From Rhizaria sp. SCN 62-66 (lineage: Eukaryota), in the NCBI GenBank assembly GCA_001724265.1, contig MEDY01000269.1:1-42266 (forward strand): a DNA stretch of 42,266 bases. The letters run 5' to 3'. The notes under the pieces are model-generated. The model searched no databases, was not told where the DNA came from, and saw only the letters and a program-made list of their open reading frames with translations. Positions 1 to 12,195 of the stretch are shown here, piece after piece (the first letter of the stretch is position 1; every line of letters begins with the position of its first letter). The translations under genes and the position numbers were made by a program.

Positions 1-1
1 G

Positions 2-160
2 TCCGAGATTGAGTACTACGCCATGCTCTCCAAGGTCTCTGTTCACCAGTACTCTGGCTCGAACAACGCCCTCGGCACTGCGTGCGGTAAGTTCTTCCCT
101 GTCTCTGCCCTTTCCGTCACCGACCCCGGAGATTCCGACATCGGCTCCATGAAGGCGTAA
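2..160 (+). CDS. RPL30: 60S ribosomal protein L30 (eL30), 3' end (5' part outside window)
   Basis: Frame 2 reads [55 protein letters not shown], matching eL30 signatures [16 protein letters not shown] and DPGDSDI. Not in the ORF track. Confidence 0.96.
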   Translation, partial: SEIEYYAMLSKVSVHQYSGSNNALGTACGKFFPVSALSVTDPGDSDIGSMKA

Positions 161-530
161 GTCGTTGGTCCTCGCTCCCATTCTCACTAAACATGAGATG
201 TGTGTGCGCGCGCCGGCTTCCAAACCCGACCGTGGTCGCTTTTTGAGGTGAGCTAGTGTTTGCTGCTCTGTACAAATTCAATCCTTATGCCGTGTGGCGA
301 CATCAATACACCTTGAAAACACTTCTTTACTCTGACCTGCTCTCGATCCACTCTCGCTTCGCGCCCTGTCTCTCCACTTGCTCTTCGTGTAATTTCATTC
401 CGGATCACGCCTTTGGCATCGACAAAGCTGTGTCTTATTTGCGCGCTGGAATAAAGTCTTGGAAACGTACGAATTCTCTTTATTGTGACTCCAGAGACAT
501 TTTCGAGAGGGTCTATTTCGCAAGCCGATA

Positions 531-1895
531 ATGGAGCCAGCTCCCGGTCAAACATACCCCATCGTCGCGGGGCCGTCAATCCTGCGCCCCGGCGATGACT
601 CAGAGTCCTACCACGCTATCAGGTGTACGTATCATCTTGCTTCTTATCCCCACAACGCGGTTTTTTATGCCTTCTAAGTTGTTTCACGCCCATAACCCCT
701 ATCTCACGGAAGACTTTGACCTTTTTTTGTAACCTCGTCCTCAGTCAGCACAAAGCCTCAGTCCACGGACCCTACCCGCGGCCTCCTCACAATTTCCGAC
801 TCTGGTGCCGTCTCCGCGCGTCTGTCCCGCCACCCCGCCCCCGCGCTGCCGGTCCCGGCCTCCGCCGCGGTCTCCGCCGCCGCCCGCGCGGCCGCCGTCT
901 CGGCTGCTGCCTCGGCCGCCGCGACGGCCGCAGTGGGGCTGGGCTTCGCCGGCACATCTATCCCGGCCGACGAGCAGGAGTTCGTGTTGCAGTTCGATCC
1001 GGTTGCGGGCGTGCTCACGCTGCACTCGCTGAGCGGGCTCACGCAGCTCAGCCACTCGAACGACGCGCTTAAGCTGTTGCCCACCCCTCTAACCGCCGTC
1101 GCCGCCGCCGAGGAGGCCGCGCGCGCTGCGGTCGAGGCGCGCGCGCTCCGCGAGCAGGCCGGCGACGACGACGACCTCGCCAAGTACGAGGCCGCTGAGG
1201 CTGCCGCAGCCGCCACAGGCGCGGGCACCGCCGCGGCCGGCAGGGGCCGCGGCGGCGGCGTTGCAGCGGGGAGCGCCAAGAAGGTCGTGCTGCTCACGGC
1301 GGCCAAGGTTGCCACGCTGGAGCGCAAGGCCGAGGCCGCCAGGTCCAAGGCGGAGGCCGCGGCGGCGAAGAAACAGGCCGCCGCGGACGCCGCAGCCGAG
1401 GCCAAGGCGCGGAAGCAGAGCGAGCGCGAGGCCAAGCTGGAGGCCAAGCTGGCCGCCGCGGGGAGCGCTAAACGGGCCAGGACCGCGTCCGGGAGCGCTA
1501 CCGCTGCGGACGTTGTTTCTGCTGCTGCTGTGAACATTGACAGCAATGCGAACTTCAGCACGGACGGCGACGGCGACGGCGACGGCGACCCTAATGATAG
1601 TTATGAAGCAACCATGTCTGCGGTTTGCAACGAGATCGAAGATGAAGATGTGCATATCAAGGCGGAGGTGGCCAAGGGCGTGAGTGTTGCTGATGGTGAT
1701 GTCATGAATGATGACGACGACGACGACGATGTCTTTGACTGGCTAGATGAGGTTGCGCCTCGCTCCGCCGCTCACCCAAACGGCGACGACTCCGTGAACG
1801 CTGATGTTGATGCTGATGCTGGTTTCAAGGCTGAAGCGCAGGCTGATGATGCTGCGGCAGAGAACGGTGACGACGACGAGTGGGAGGGACTTTGA
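531..1895 (+). CDS. ELL-associated factor (EAF) family transcription elongation factor, 2 exons (531-624, 745-1895), about 414 aa
   Basis: Splicing gives YHAIRF-STKPQSTD, matching the EAF motif YHTIRYDFKPASVD. Then FAGTSIPADEQEFVLQFDPVAGVLTLHSL (EAF FxG...ExVLIFD...G.F.LEKL). Acidic C-terminal tail; TGA stop. Confidence 0.8.
625..744 (+). other. Spliceosomal intron (120 nt, phase 1) of EAF gene
   Basis: GTACGT donor, AT-rich body, T-tract with TGTAAC, CCTCAG acceptor; removal restores the EAF motif. Confidence 0.8.
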
Positions 1896-2687
1896 GCAAC
1901 ACCTCGTTGTCCACTTGTCACTCAAAATGTTACCACGTTAAACATGATTCGAGAATAGTGCTGGCCATGGCGATGCTCCTCGAATGAACTGATACTTAGA
2001 AACACGTTTAATAATACAACTAACACATATTAATTGAATAGTTTTTTATTATCAAAGACTGCGGTCACATTTCACCCCGTATATCATGATACATTTGTCC
2101 TGTAGAAGCATGTCTTCTATTGTGATAGCTGCTGTTGGTGACATGTACTTTTGGTGCGCGGCAACGATGCAAAGCGCGGCAACTTAAACAAGTGATAAAA
2201 GCGTTATTAATTGGGGATAAAGACGACTTTACAAGTGATGTGATACATATGAGAGCAATCAGACAAATGCGCGGCGCGAAATCACGCAACTCGCACACTC
2301 TGCATTGCGTGCCAATAAAGAAATAAAAATCCAACGAGAGGGAAGGAAGGAACGTTGAACTGATAAGATTAGAGCTTAAGAAAATATACATTAGAAAACA
2401 GAAAGTAGGCGAAGCACGTTGTTTGACACGCAAAATGAAAAGCGTTCGAACTGTAGTTTGACGGTCTTGCCGAGTTTGTTTGCTTACATCGAGTTACAAT
2501 CATAGTAAAGAACGCTGAAGCATAACATGATCACATAGAACTCACTTGAAAATGGAATGTCATTATAATTTGTAAAACATAAGTTTAAACACAGCAAAAA
2601 GAAAAATAAACAACTATTCTTACTCATACAATAAAAGCTCAACAGCGAACATGTTGCTGACTACTTTTCTAAATTGAGAACAAGTCT

Positions 2688-2748
2688 CGTTTGGGTCACG
2701 TTTGGTTTCGTTTGGTTTCGGTCGGTTTCGTTTGGTTTGGTTTGATTG
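2688..2748. repeat. Imperfect pentanucleotide microsatellite (GTTTG/GTTTC)n in the carrier gene 3' UTR
   Basis: cgtttggtttcgtttggtttcggtcggtttcgtttggtttggtttgattg seen directly. Confidence 0.8.
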
Positions 2749-2766
2749 AGTGTAGATCAGTTTGCG

Positions 2767-5700
2767 TCAGATGCCGCCGCCGAGAAGCCGCGGCGCGAGC
2801 GCCTCGTAGGACGCGAAGAAGACGACCTGCCATGGCACGACGCGGAGGAAGTTGGGCCCCACGCCGCGGTACAGCGCGGCCACGCCCTCCGCGCGCACCG
2901 TCTTGACGCCGCAGTCCCAGATGCCGTTGTAAGTCACCGCGGGCGCCGCGGGCGCGCCGGCGAAGGGCAGCAGCCGCGGCATGGTGACGGGCAGCTTGGC
3001 TGCGGCGGGCGCGGCGGCGGCGGCGGCGGAGGGCAGCAGCGTCGGCAGCGAGCCTGCGATGCGCGCCGCCGTGTTGGCCAGACTGGCGGCGGCGGCGTTT
3101 GTCGTCGGCAGGGCAGTAGCAGTTGCGCCAGCAGCAGAGCCAAGAGCACCAGCAGTGCCGAGAGCGGCGCGGGTGGCCGCTCCAGCAACAGTAGCAGCTG
3201 TTGCTGGAGCAGCGCTGGCGTTGACGGCGCTGGTACTGACGGCACTGGCAGCGGCTGCGAGCGCGCGTCGCTGGTTCATCAGCCGCGTCTTGATCGTGTC
3301 CGCGGGCGCCGAGGCGACGGTCGACACGAGCGCTGACACGGCCGACACGGCGGCGTGCGTGGTGAAGCAGTTCTCCCAGCGCAGCCAGCGCGGGCCGTCT
3401 GGCGCCGTCACTGCTTGCTTGGTCGCCGCGTACACCCCCAGCCCGGTGCCCGAGGACAGCGCAGACCGTAGCATGCCCGCGGCCGTGCCCTTGTAGAGCC
3501 CCGCAACGCCCTCAGCCGCCAGTGTGTCGCGCAGACAGCCCCACACGCGCCACCGCTGCGGCTGCGCGCGCACCCACCACGGGTCGCGCGCGGGCCGACT
3601 CGCGTTCTGCGTCACTGTGGAAACACTGGCGGCGGCGTTCTCGCGCGCGACCTCGGCCATGAGGCGGACCTTAAGCACGTCGAGCGGGTTGGCGACGAAC
3701 TGGCCGACCATCGCGGCCGAGACCGAGGCCGTGAGCTGCTCGGTCGCCGTCGGCCGTGCGGGGTCCGCGCACACGCCCGTCTTAATCTGCTTGAAGAGCG
3801 ACATCTGCAGCCCGGCCTTCGTGAACTGCCGCAGCAGCGCGGGGCAGAGCCCGCTGTAGAGCGCGCCGACGCCGCCCGTGGCCACCACAGCCGTCAGTTG
3901 CCGGACCAACCGCGGCGGCCGCAGCGCAAACGTGTGCGTCTGCAGCTGCGCCGACAGGGCCGGCAGGCCCCAGCGTTGGGAAAGCACGCCGCGCGCCGTG
4001 GCGCTCGCAGCGGGCGCTGTGACGGCACGCGCTGTCGGCGCAGCAGCGGCACTCGCAGCAGAGGCAGCAGCGGCAGCGGCGGGCACCGGGCGCGCGAGTA
4101 GCGCGGCGGCGGCCGAGCCAGCGGCCAGCGCGGCAGTGCCCGCGGCCGCCGTGGCCGCCGTTGTGCCCGCTGCCGCCACCGCGCCCGCTGAGAGAGCCGA
4201 GGTAGCGGCGGACGCAGCGACGGGGGCAAGCTGGCGGCCGACCTTGGTGAGTTCGAGGGGCAACGTGGCGGCCTCTGCGGCGCAACCGGCGAGCGAGCCG
4301 CAGAGGAACTGTGTGACTGCTGGCGGCAGCGCGGCGGCGATGGGCCACAGCGGCACTTGCGCGGCCTCCTCTTCGTCCTCTTCTGCGTCGCACACGCCGT
4401 CGTCTTCGTCATCGTAGGCGTCGCCGAGCATGTCGTCGTCGTCGATGACGCCGTAGTCGGCCACCGTGGCGTCGCCGGCCTCCAGGTCAGCCAGCGACTT
4501 TGCAGTAACAGCGGCAGACGTGGTCTCGTCGTCAGAGTCAGCGTCGGTGTCTGTTGCGGTGGCGTCGGCTGCTGTTGCGGCTTTATCGTCGCTCGACTCG
4601 GCGGACTCGTCGTCGAAACTGCTTACTGTCGCCGTGGCCGGCGGTCGACGGCGCACCGCGGACACGGCGCCGGTGACAGCGCCAGTGCCCGAGGTGGTGT
4701 CCGCCTCGGAGGCAGCGTCAGCGTCAGTGTCGGCGTCGGTGTCGGAGTCAAAGGCGGAGACCGTTGTCGTCGACGGCACGCGGTGACGCGCATGCGCACC
4801 AGCGCCAGCGCCAGTGCCAGTGCCAGAACTAACTCCAGCGCCGTGGCCTGTGCGTGTGCCGGTGTAGACGCGCTTGTCGCCGACCGTGCTATAGATCTTG
4901 CTCCCGTCGGCGGCGGTCTTCTCCTTTGCGCCCGCGAGCGCGGCGGTCTTGTCCTCGTCGTTGCCGCGGTGGCTGCGAACGGCGCTGAGGTCCCAGAGCC
5001 CCATGCCCATCCCCAGCCCTAACCCTAGCCCGAGCCCGACGCCGGGGGCCATCTTGCGCGCGCGCCCGTCGCCCTCGCCGTCGTGGCCGCGCGCGTGGCC
5101 ATGGTGCCGCGAGCCGGGGCGCGGGCGCGACCGCGCGCGGGGGTGCGGCGCCAAGTTGCGCGGCATCGGCAGCGCGCCGGGCGCCTGCGGGAACCGCCAC
5201 AAGTCAGGGTCACTGCCGCTGCCGCTGCCGCTACTGCCAGCAACACCGGGTGCAGAGGTAGGCGCAGAGCCGAAGCCAGTGTCCGCGCCTGTGGCGGCGG
5301 CGGCAGAGACGGGCGCAGAAGCGGCTGGGGCTGTGAATGCGGCGGCGGGAGCGCTGCTCGCACCGGTCTTGGGCGCCGCAGCCGGGACTGCGGCGGCTGG
5401 CGCAGCGGGCGCGGCAGCCGGCGTGCGTGCAGAGGCAGCGCCCGACGCGAGCCTAGTGCGCGCGGTCGGCGCCGCGCCGCTACCAGCTGTCGCCCCCGTT
5501 GTCGTCGTAGTCGTTGTCGCTGCGGAGGGCGCGGCGGTCGTCCTTGCCGGCGTCCCAGTAGTAACTGACGGCGCCGCAGTCGAGGACTTAGATCGTGACA
5601 AAGTTGTCGTCGTCGTTGATGCTGGCGCAGGCGCAGGCCCGCGAGATGATACGGGCGCGAGCGCGGGCGCGGGCGCGGGGGACGCCAGCGAGCGCGGCTG

Positions 5701-8700
5701 CGACAGCGGGTGTGGCCGACTCTGTGATTGAGACAGCGATGGTGGCTGCAGCGTCTGCATGCGCGAGGGCGGGCGCGACTGCGAAAAGCCGCTGCCGGTC
5801 GACGGGCGCACGGACTGTGAGCCCGACTGCAGCAGCAGCTCGCGGTGCAGCTGCTGCCGCCTCTGCAGGAGAGATTGTGACTGTGACAGTGCGCTGGGGC
5901 CGGGGCCCATGACTGACTGGGAGCCAGACAGCGCCTGCGCGCCGGTCATCTGCGGCTGCGGCCCGGCGCCGGGGACAGGTAAATACTGCTGTTGTTGCTG
6001 TTGCTGTTGCGAGCGGCCCGCGGCGACGGACTGCGAGCCGTCCCGAGGGCGCGACTGAGTCGTGTGGTGGCGAGGGGAGAACGTGAACGCCGTCGCCACA
6101 GAACCACCGCCGGCATCAGTGCCAGCATCAGCGCCAGTAATTCCCGCAGTGCCGGTGGCGGCGCTAGCGCGGGGCGCTGGCGCGGAGAACAGCGGCTGTT
6201 GCTGGGACCGGGACTGAGGGCGCTGTGACGCGCTCTCGCGCTCACGGTCCCGGTTAAGGTCGGTGCGGCGCAGCTGGAGCCAGGGCGCCTGCGTGGCGCC
6301 GCGCGGCGAGTGCATGGGCGAGTGCATGGGTGAGTGCAGCGGCGTGGGGCGCGGGGTCGGCCGCGGCGTCGGCAGCGGCGTCGGCACGTTGCCCAGCACG
6401 CGCGGCACAGTGACCGGCACTGGCGCCGTGTGGGGCAGCACCAAAGCAGACAGCCGCGAGTGCGACTGCGTGTGCGCCAGCGTCGGCAGCGCGTGCCCGT
6501 GGCTCTGCCCGTGCGTGTGGCCGTTTTGGCTGTTGGTGTTGCTGCTGGTGCGGGAGAGTGGCAGCTGCGCAAACGGGTGCGCGTGCTGGTGCGAATGCGA
6601 CTGGGAGTGCGTGTGGTGCAAGTGCGTCTGATGAGGCTGCGTAGGGTGCGACCGTGTCTGCGAGCCGTGGCGCGAGAGCTGCGTGGCGAACGGCAGCGCG
6701 TTGGGAGTCAGCAGCGGTGACAGCAGCGCCGGCGTGCGCGCGATGTCGGCCGCCTCAGAGCCGTCCTCGTCTTCGTCCTCGTCGCTGCCACTGGCGCTGC
6801 CGCTGTCGCTGTCACTCTCGCTGCCGCTGCGGCTGCTGCTGTCACTAAGAGAGCGGACCAGGTCCCGGGCCGTCGGGCGCCGCCTGCGCCGCGCCCTCTC
6901 GACGACGGTCACGATGTCGCCCTCCCCGACAGAAAGTTTGTCGTTCGCAGCTGCAGTATCGGCAGCAGCGGTGGTGACGGGGACAGGGACGGCGCCGCTG
7001 CTAGAGAGGAAGTCCGCGGCGGAGCTGCTGCGGGGAGATACCGACGCCGAGTGAGAACCACCATGATTGCCGCCGCCGCCGCTGCCGCTGCCGCTGCCGC
7101 TGCGCAGAGCGGAGGGGGAGGTGGCCTGCGACAGCGACCCGCCGGAGAAAGAACCCGAGTGCGAGCGCGAGTGCGTGCCGATGGGCGAGCTAAACACCGG
7201 GCTCAGCACGGGGCTTAGCAGCATCATCGGCCGCCGGTATCCCCCGGCGCCGGTCAAGTGCGTGGCGGCGTAGCCTCCCGCTCTCGCTTTAGCCCCCGTC
7301 GCGGCGGTCTGCGGCGCCGCGCCCGAGGCCGGCGTGAAGGGCGTGACCGTGGGCGGTGGCGCCATGCGCGGGCTTGTCGGCAGCAGCAACTGCGCGGGCC
7401 GCCCGCCGATTGCGCGCGGGCGCGGGCGCGCGTCGATGGCCTTAGCAGCAGCGCTGCCGCCAGCTCCGATAGCCGTGGCCGTGGCCGAGACTGAAGGCTT
7501 GCGAATGCTGCCTGTGCTGCCGTCATCAAGCGGGGCCGCAGGGGTCGCGGTGTCTGTGACCGTGATCATGAGTCTATTGCTGTTGCTGTTGCTGTCACAT
7601 GCAGTCGAGACCGGCTCCGCTAGCTCCGCTGGCGGCGCTGGCGGCGCTGGCGACTGCGCCTGCGACTTGGACTGCGCTACCGTCACAGCCAGCGCCGCAT
7701 CCGCGTCGGCGCCGGCAGCCGCGTCGTCTGCGTCGGTCTTTGCGTGCGCGCGCGCGCTTGTGCGCGGCCTGAGTGTGAACGCGGTGTGGCGCGGGGAAGA
7801 TGGAGCCGTGGCTGCAACGCCGTAACCGCCGCGGCCAACGCTTGCCACATCGGCAGCGGCAGCAGCAGCGGCAGCGGCAGCGGCGGAGGCAGCGTCGGTG
7901 TCGGAGTCGGTGGTGGGCTGTTTGCTGATCATGTCGCTGATGCTGTTGCTGTTGCTGCAGCCGTGCGTCTCCACAACCTCAGCCTCGAGGCAAGGCTTCG
8001 CAGCAGTGCGGGCGCTGAAATCGCCCTCAGCTTCGCTGTTGTCGTCCTTGCTCATGTCGCGGCCACTGCTGCTGCGGGCAGAGCGCTGGCAGAGCGCCCG
8101 CGCCACGCCACCCCGCTCACTGCTGCTACTGCTGCTTCCGCCTCCACGGTGCGCCTGTGTGCGAGCCGGTGCGTGTGCGTGTGCGTGTGTAAAGCTAGCG
8201 GTGGCGTGCTGCGCGGCGACAATCGCGGGCACCGCGGCCGAGGCGGGGTGCGCCGTGACCGAGTTTGAGTTGGAACATGCGACTGCGGAGCACGCGACTG
8301 CGGGGCACGCAACGGCGCCGCCCGAAGTCGGGGCCTGGCTCTGCATGCTCTGGCTATATCCGTGACCGTGAGCGTGGCCGTGGTGACCGTGGCCGCTGTC
8401 GCTGAGGCCGTGCGTGTGATGAAAGTTCAGTCCGTGCGCAATAATGCTGCTGAGGCCTGTCGCCTGACTGGCCACAGCGTACTCAGCTCTGTGGCGATCA
8501 GTCGCACTCGCGGCCTCGCTGGTGCTGCCAGAGGCGCCGTGCCCATGGCCGGCGCTGGCGCTATGGCCGGTGCCTGTGCCATTGCTGGCGCTCAGGCTGG
8601 AGCCCACCGGCAGCGAAAGGCACTGTTTGAGCGCGGGCAGCGCGGGCGACGGCGCCAGGGACGACAACGACCGCGAATGCGCCTGCAGCTCGAGCTGCAG

Positions 8701-11331
8701 CTGCGACGGCGACGGCGACTGCGACAGCGATGGCGAGCACTGGGAGCGTTTTGACTGCGACTGCGGGTCCGAGTGCGACTGAGACTGAGTGCGCGAGAGA
8801 GACGACCGAGGCCTCTGCTGTTGTAAATGAGAGTGTGGTTGCTGCAGAAGCTGCGCCGGTGAGCCGTACACGAGTTCCCACCTTAGCGCCGCCGCCGCCG
8901 CCTCTGCCGCCGCCGCCTCTACGGCCGCCGCCTCTGCGGCGGACTGTGTGCCCGCCGCGTCGCCCCAGTACCCGCCCCGGTCGCCGCCCCGGTCAGAGCC
9001 TCGATAAGAATCGCGCTCTGCGTGGCACAGGTCCGGCGAATGGGGGGCAGTTGGCGGCGCGCCCGCGGGGCCGGCCGACGCAGGCTGCGACCGCGGGCCC
9101 AACGCATAACCGCCACCGCCGCTGCTGCGGTATGCCGACGCGGGAGTCAGTGCGACGGCGGCGGCGGCGGCGGCGGGCGCGGAGGGCGAAGGCGAGGGCG
9201 AGACCGAGGGCGCGGCCGACACGGGGGCCGAGGCCGTGACGGAGGCCGAGGCGGAGGTGACGGCGGGGTGGGTCGCGAAGGGCGACAGGAACACGGGATG
9301 GTGCGGCGGCGCCGCGTAGCCTTGATGGTGCTGCTGATGGTGATGCTGATGCACGGGCTCCTGGGCGGCTGGGGCCGAGTGTAAATAGTGTCCGCCGATG
9401 AAGCCGCCGCCGCTGTGGCCGCCGGGCCTGGCGTTGCGCGGTGTGAAGAGCGAGTAGACGGCGTCGTCGTTGCTCGTGTCGAACGTGTCCTCGTCGTCGT
9501 CGCCGCGCTCACCAGTTGTGCCTCTAGCGGTGTAACCGTAACCGCCTCTAGCGTTGTAGCCCCCGCCGCCAGTGCCAGTGCCAGGGCCAGCGCCAGTGGC
9601 GGCTCCGCCGTACTGGGAGCCGCCCGCGACGCCGCCGCCGGGCCTGTTATAGGCGTTGACGCGGCCGCCGCTGGTGGTCGTGACGCACCGGTTGCTGTTG
9701 CTGTTGTTGCAGTTGCCGCTGCTTGCGAACGCGCCCGGGGCAGCGCTCGCGGCGGCGGGGGCGGCGCCGGCGAGCGCGGGCGAGGTGTGCCGCGACTGGC
9801 TGAACTGGTACGGGTACTGCTGATGTTGCTGATGCTGAGTCTGCGGCCGGCGCAGGCTGCCGCGGCTATGCACGTTGTGCCCGAAGCCCGAGTGGCCGTG
9901 GGTCAAAGAGTGACCATGGGCGCTCAGCGCGTGACCATGATCGCTCGCCGCAGTCGGAGCAGCAGCAGCAGCAGGACTAGCGGCGGCAGGCACAGCGACT
10001 GTGGGCACAGCGGTGTTGTCTGCGCTGTCTCTGTCAGCGCCAAACGGTCCCTCGTCTGCGCCCGTAAAGGGCACTCTCGCGGCGCTGGTAAACGGCACAG
10101 CGAGCGGCGCGGTAACCGTGGGCACCGTGGTGTTGCTATCACCGGCACCGCGCGTCGGACTCTGAATCTGGGCACTCTGGACACTCTGGATACTGTGAAT
10201 GTGACTCTGGCTTTGGTTGCTCTGATTGGACGCGTTGGCGCTGGCGTAGCTGCTGTTGTACGCGTTGGCGTTGTACGTCGGGCGCGTGCGCGACGTCGCT
10301 GCCGTCGGCGAAGTCGCTATCACCTTGGGCGACGTCGTCATCGTTGTCGTCGTTGTGAACGGAGCCAGGTACACGCGCACGCCGCCGCTCGCGGGAACGC
10401 GTGGGTTGTAGCTGTTGGCAAAGTTGGCCGTACTCGCAAATGTGTTGTTACTGTAGTTATTGTTGTTATTGTTGTTGTTAGCGCCGAAGTGGCCGTGGGC
10501 GCCGGCGAGGATGGCCGCGGCGGAGGCCGTGGCAGCCGCAAAGGCCGAGGACGAGGATGACAGCGACGACGGCGTACCTGGCATCGGTCCGTTGTAGTTT
10601 ACGGGCGTGGCCGAGAGGCGCCGTGTGTGTGCGGGCGCGGACGATGCGGGCACCGGCAGCGTGTCCAGGTGCTGCTGCTGCTGCTGCTGCTGAGGCTGCT
10701 GTTGTTGTTGCGGGGGTGAGAAGCTGAACACGGGCTTGCGCACTTCATTCGCAGTATTAGCAAGCGTACTCCCATGTGTTACCCCTTGAGTTCCAGCGCC
10801 AGCGCCAGCGCCAGCGAGCGTGCCTGGGCCCGGGACAGCAGCGTTGGCAGCGCTGGCGGCGTTGGCGGCTGTGGCGTTGGCGACAGCGACGGAACCGGTG
10901 TCGGCAGTCGTGTTCGTCATCGGCGACGGCGACGGCGACGGCGATGGCAGCTGCAGCTGCAGAAACCACTTGGAGGGCGTTTTGAGCGGCGACTTCAGCT
11001 GCGACGGCGACAGCGACTGGGACTGCGAGTTGCTCTGCGACTGCGAGCCCGAGCTTGCGTACAGCGGCGACGGCAGCGGCAGCGGCGACGGTAGCGGCGA
11101 CGGGGACGGCGACGCCGCGGCCGAGACCGAGGCCGAGGCCGACGCGGGAACCGGCGCGGCGGCCAGCGCAGACAGGGCGGACGCGGCGGCGGCGGCGACG
11201 GGCATCGCCGCGCCCGTCTTGGCCGCCGCTAACCTCGCTTGGATCGCCGCTGCTGCTGCTCCTGGCGCTCCCGCTCCTGGTGCCGTCGCCGCTGCTGTTG
11301 CGCCAGCGTCCCCTGATGCGGCCGCCGCAAA

Positions 11332-11372
<41 letters not shown>

Positions 11373-12195
11373 GGGAGGGCAGCGCGAGGGCCGACAGAGA
11401 GCGCTTGCTGCCGGCGGCGGCAAACGACGTGCGCGCACGCTCACGCTCACGGTCATTGCCCGTTTTGTTCGCATCTTTGTTGCTGTAGCTCTTGTTGGTG
11501 CCTCTGTTGGCAGTGTAGTAGTTTTCCGCGTCGACGCGGCCTTCGCGGCCGTCGTGGCCGAGCACAGCGGTGTCGTGCTGGTCGTGGCCGCGGCTGCGGT
11601 CGTGGCTGTGCCCGCGGCCGTGGCCGTGGCGGCCGGGCGCGGGCTCCATCGCCGAGGCGTGCATATACAGCAGACGCTGCGATGGAGACTGCGAGAGCGA
11701 CAGCGGCGACGGTGCCGGTGCCAACGGCTTCAGTTCCGCGCCCGCGCCGGCGCCCGCGCCCGCGGCGACGCTAGTGGCGGCCTTTGCAAAAGGCGCGAGC
11801 AGGCCAGCGGCGTCGGAGGGCGAGGGGGCTTCGTCACCGGCGCCGGGCGGTGTGGCGGGGGCGGCCTTTGAGACCGGGGACAGCGCGAAGTGCAGCAGCA
11901 GGGACCGGTGGAAGGCGGGCCGGGGGCGCGGGGACGGCAGAGCGGCCGCCAACGGAGTTGGGACGCCGGGCCGCGGCGGTTGAAACAGAGTCGCGGGGAA
12001 GCCAGCAGCGGCTGTGGGAGCGGTGACAGTGGCCGCAGCAGAGGTTGAAACGGAGCCGGGTGCGAGGACCGTTGTGGTCATAAGGGGGTCATTCCGTGGT
12101 TTTGATGTGTTAATCAAGGTTTGAGGCGTTTTACGCGTGTCTGGCAATAGAATGCCAGGCTTGTCACGCTGAGAAACGTTTAGAGCGGAATCCAT
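2767..12195 (-). CDS. 3142-aa protein: about 2600 aa low-complexity N-terminal region plus C-terminal mitochondrial carrier (SLC25; UCP/dicarboxylate/oxoglutarate-like) domain
   Basis: Uninterrupted ATG..TGA ORF bounded by AT-rich DNA. Three carrier repeats: PLELTKVGRQL, PLDVLKVRLM, PADTIKTRLMNQ, each followed by a [EG]GVx[AG]LYxG motif. LLRQ and PNFLRVVPWQVVFFASYE are UCP-like. Carrier domain about 2770-4320. True start is uncertain. Confidence 0.85.
6300..6390 (-). repeat. Coding 12-bp tandem repeats encoding (PTP[LR])x4 and (HSP[M])x3
   Basis: PTPLPTPRPTPRPTPLHSPMHSPMHSP in the 3142-aa ORF. Confidence 0.75.
11332..11368 (-). repeat. (AGC)n trinucleotide run encoding poly-Ser
   Basis: About 12 consecutive GCT units on the + strand. 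Confidence 0.9.

Noticed and set aside
157-162. GTAAGT donor overlapping the RPL30 stop (and GTAAGC at the thiolase stop)
   Set aside because: Both proteins are already complete at these points by family alignment; G-TAA-G is ordinary stop context.
253-579. Short ORFs in AT-rich spacers (253-579, 2065-2433, 12416-12646, 13095-13552, 22668-22877)
   Set aside because: No codon bias like the real genes and no recognisable motifs.
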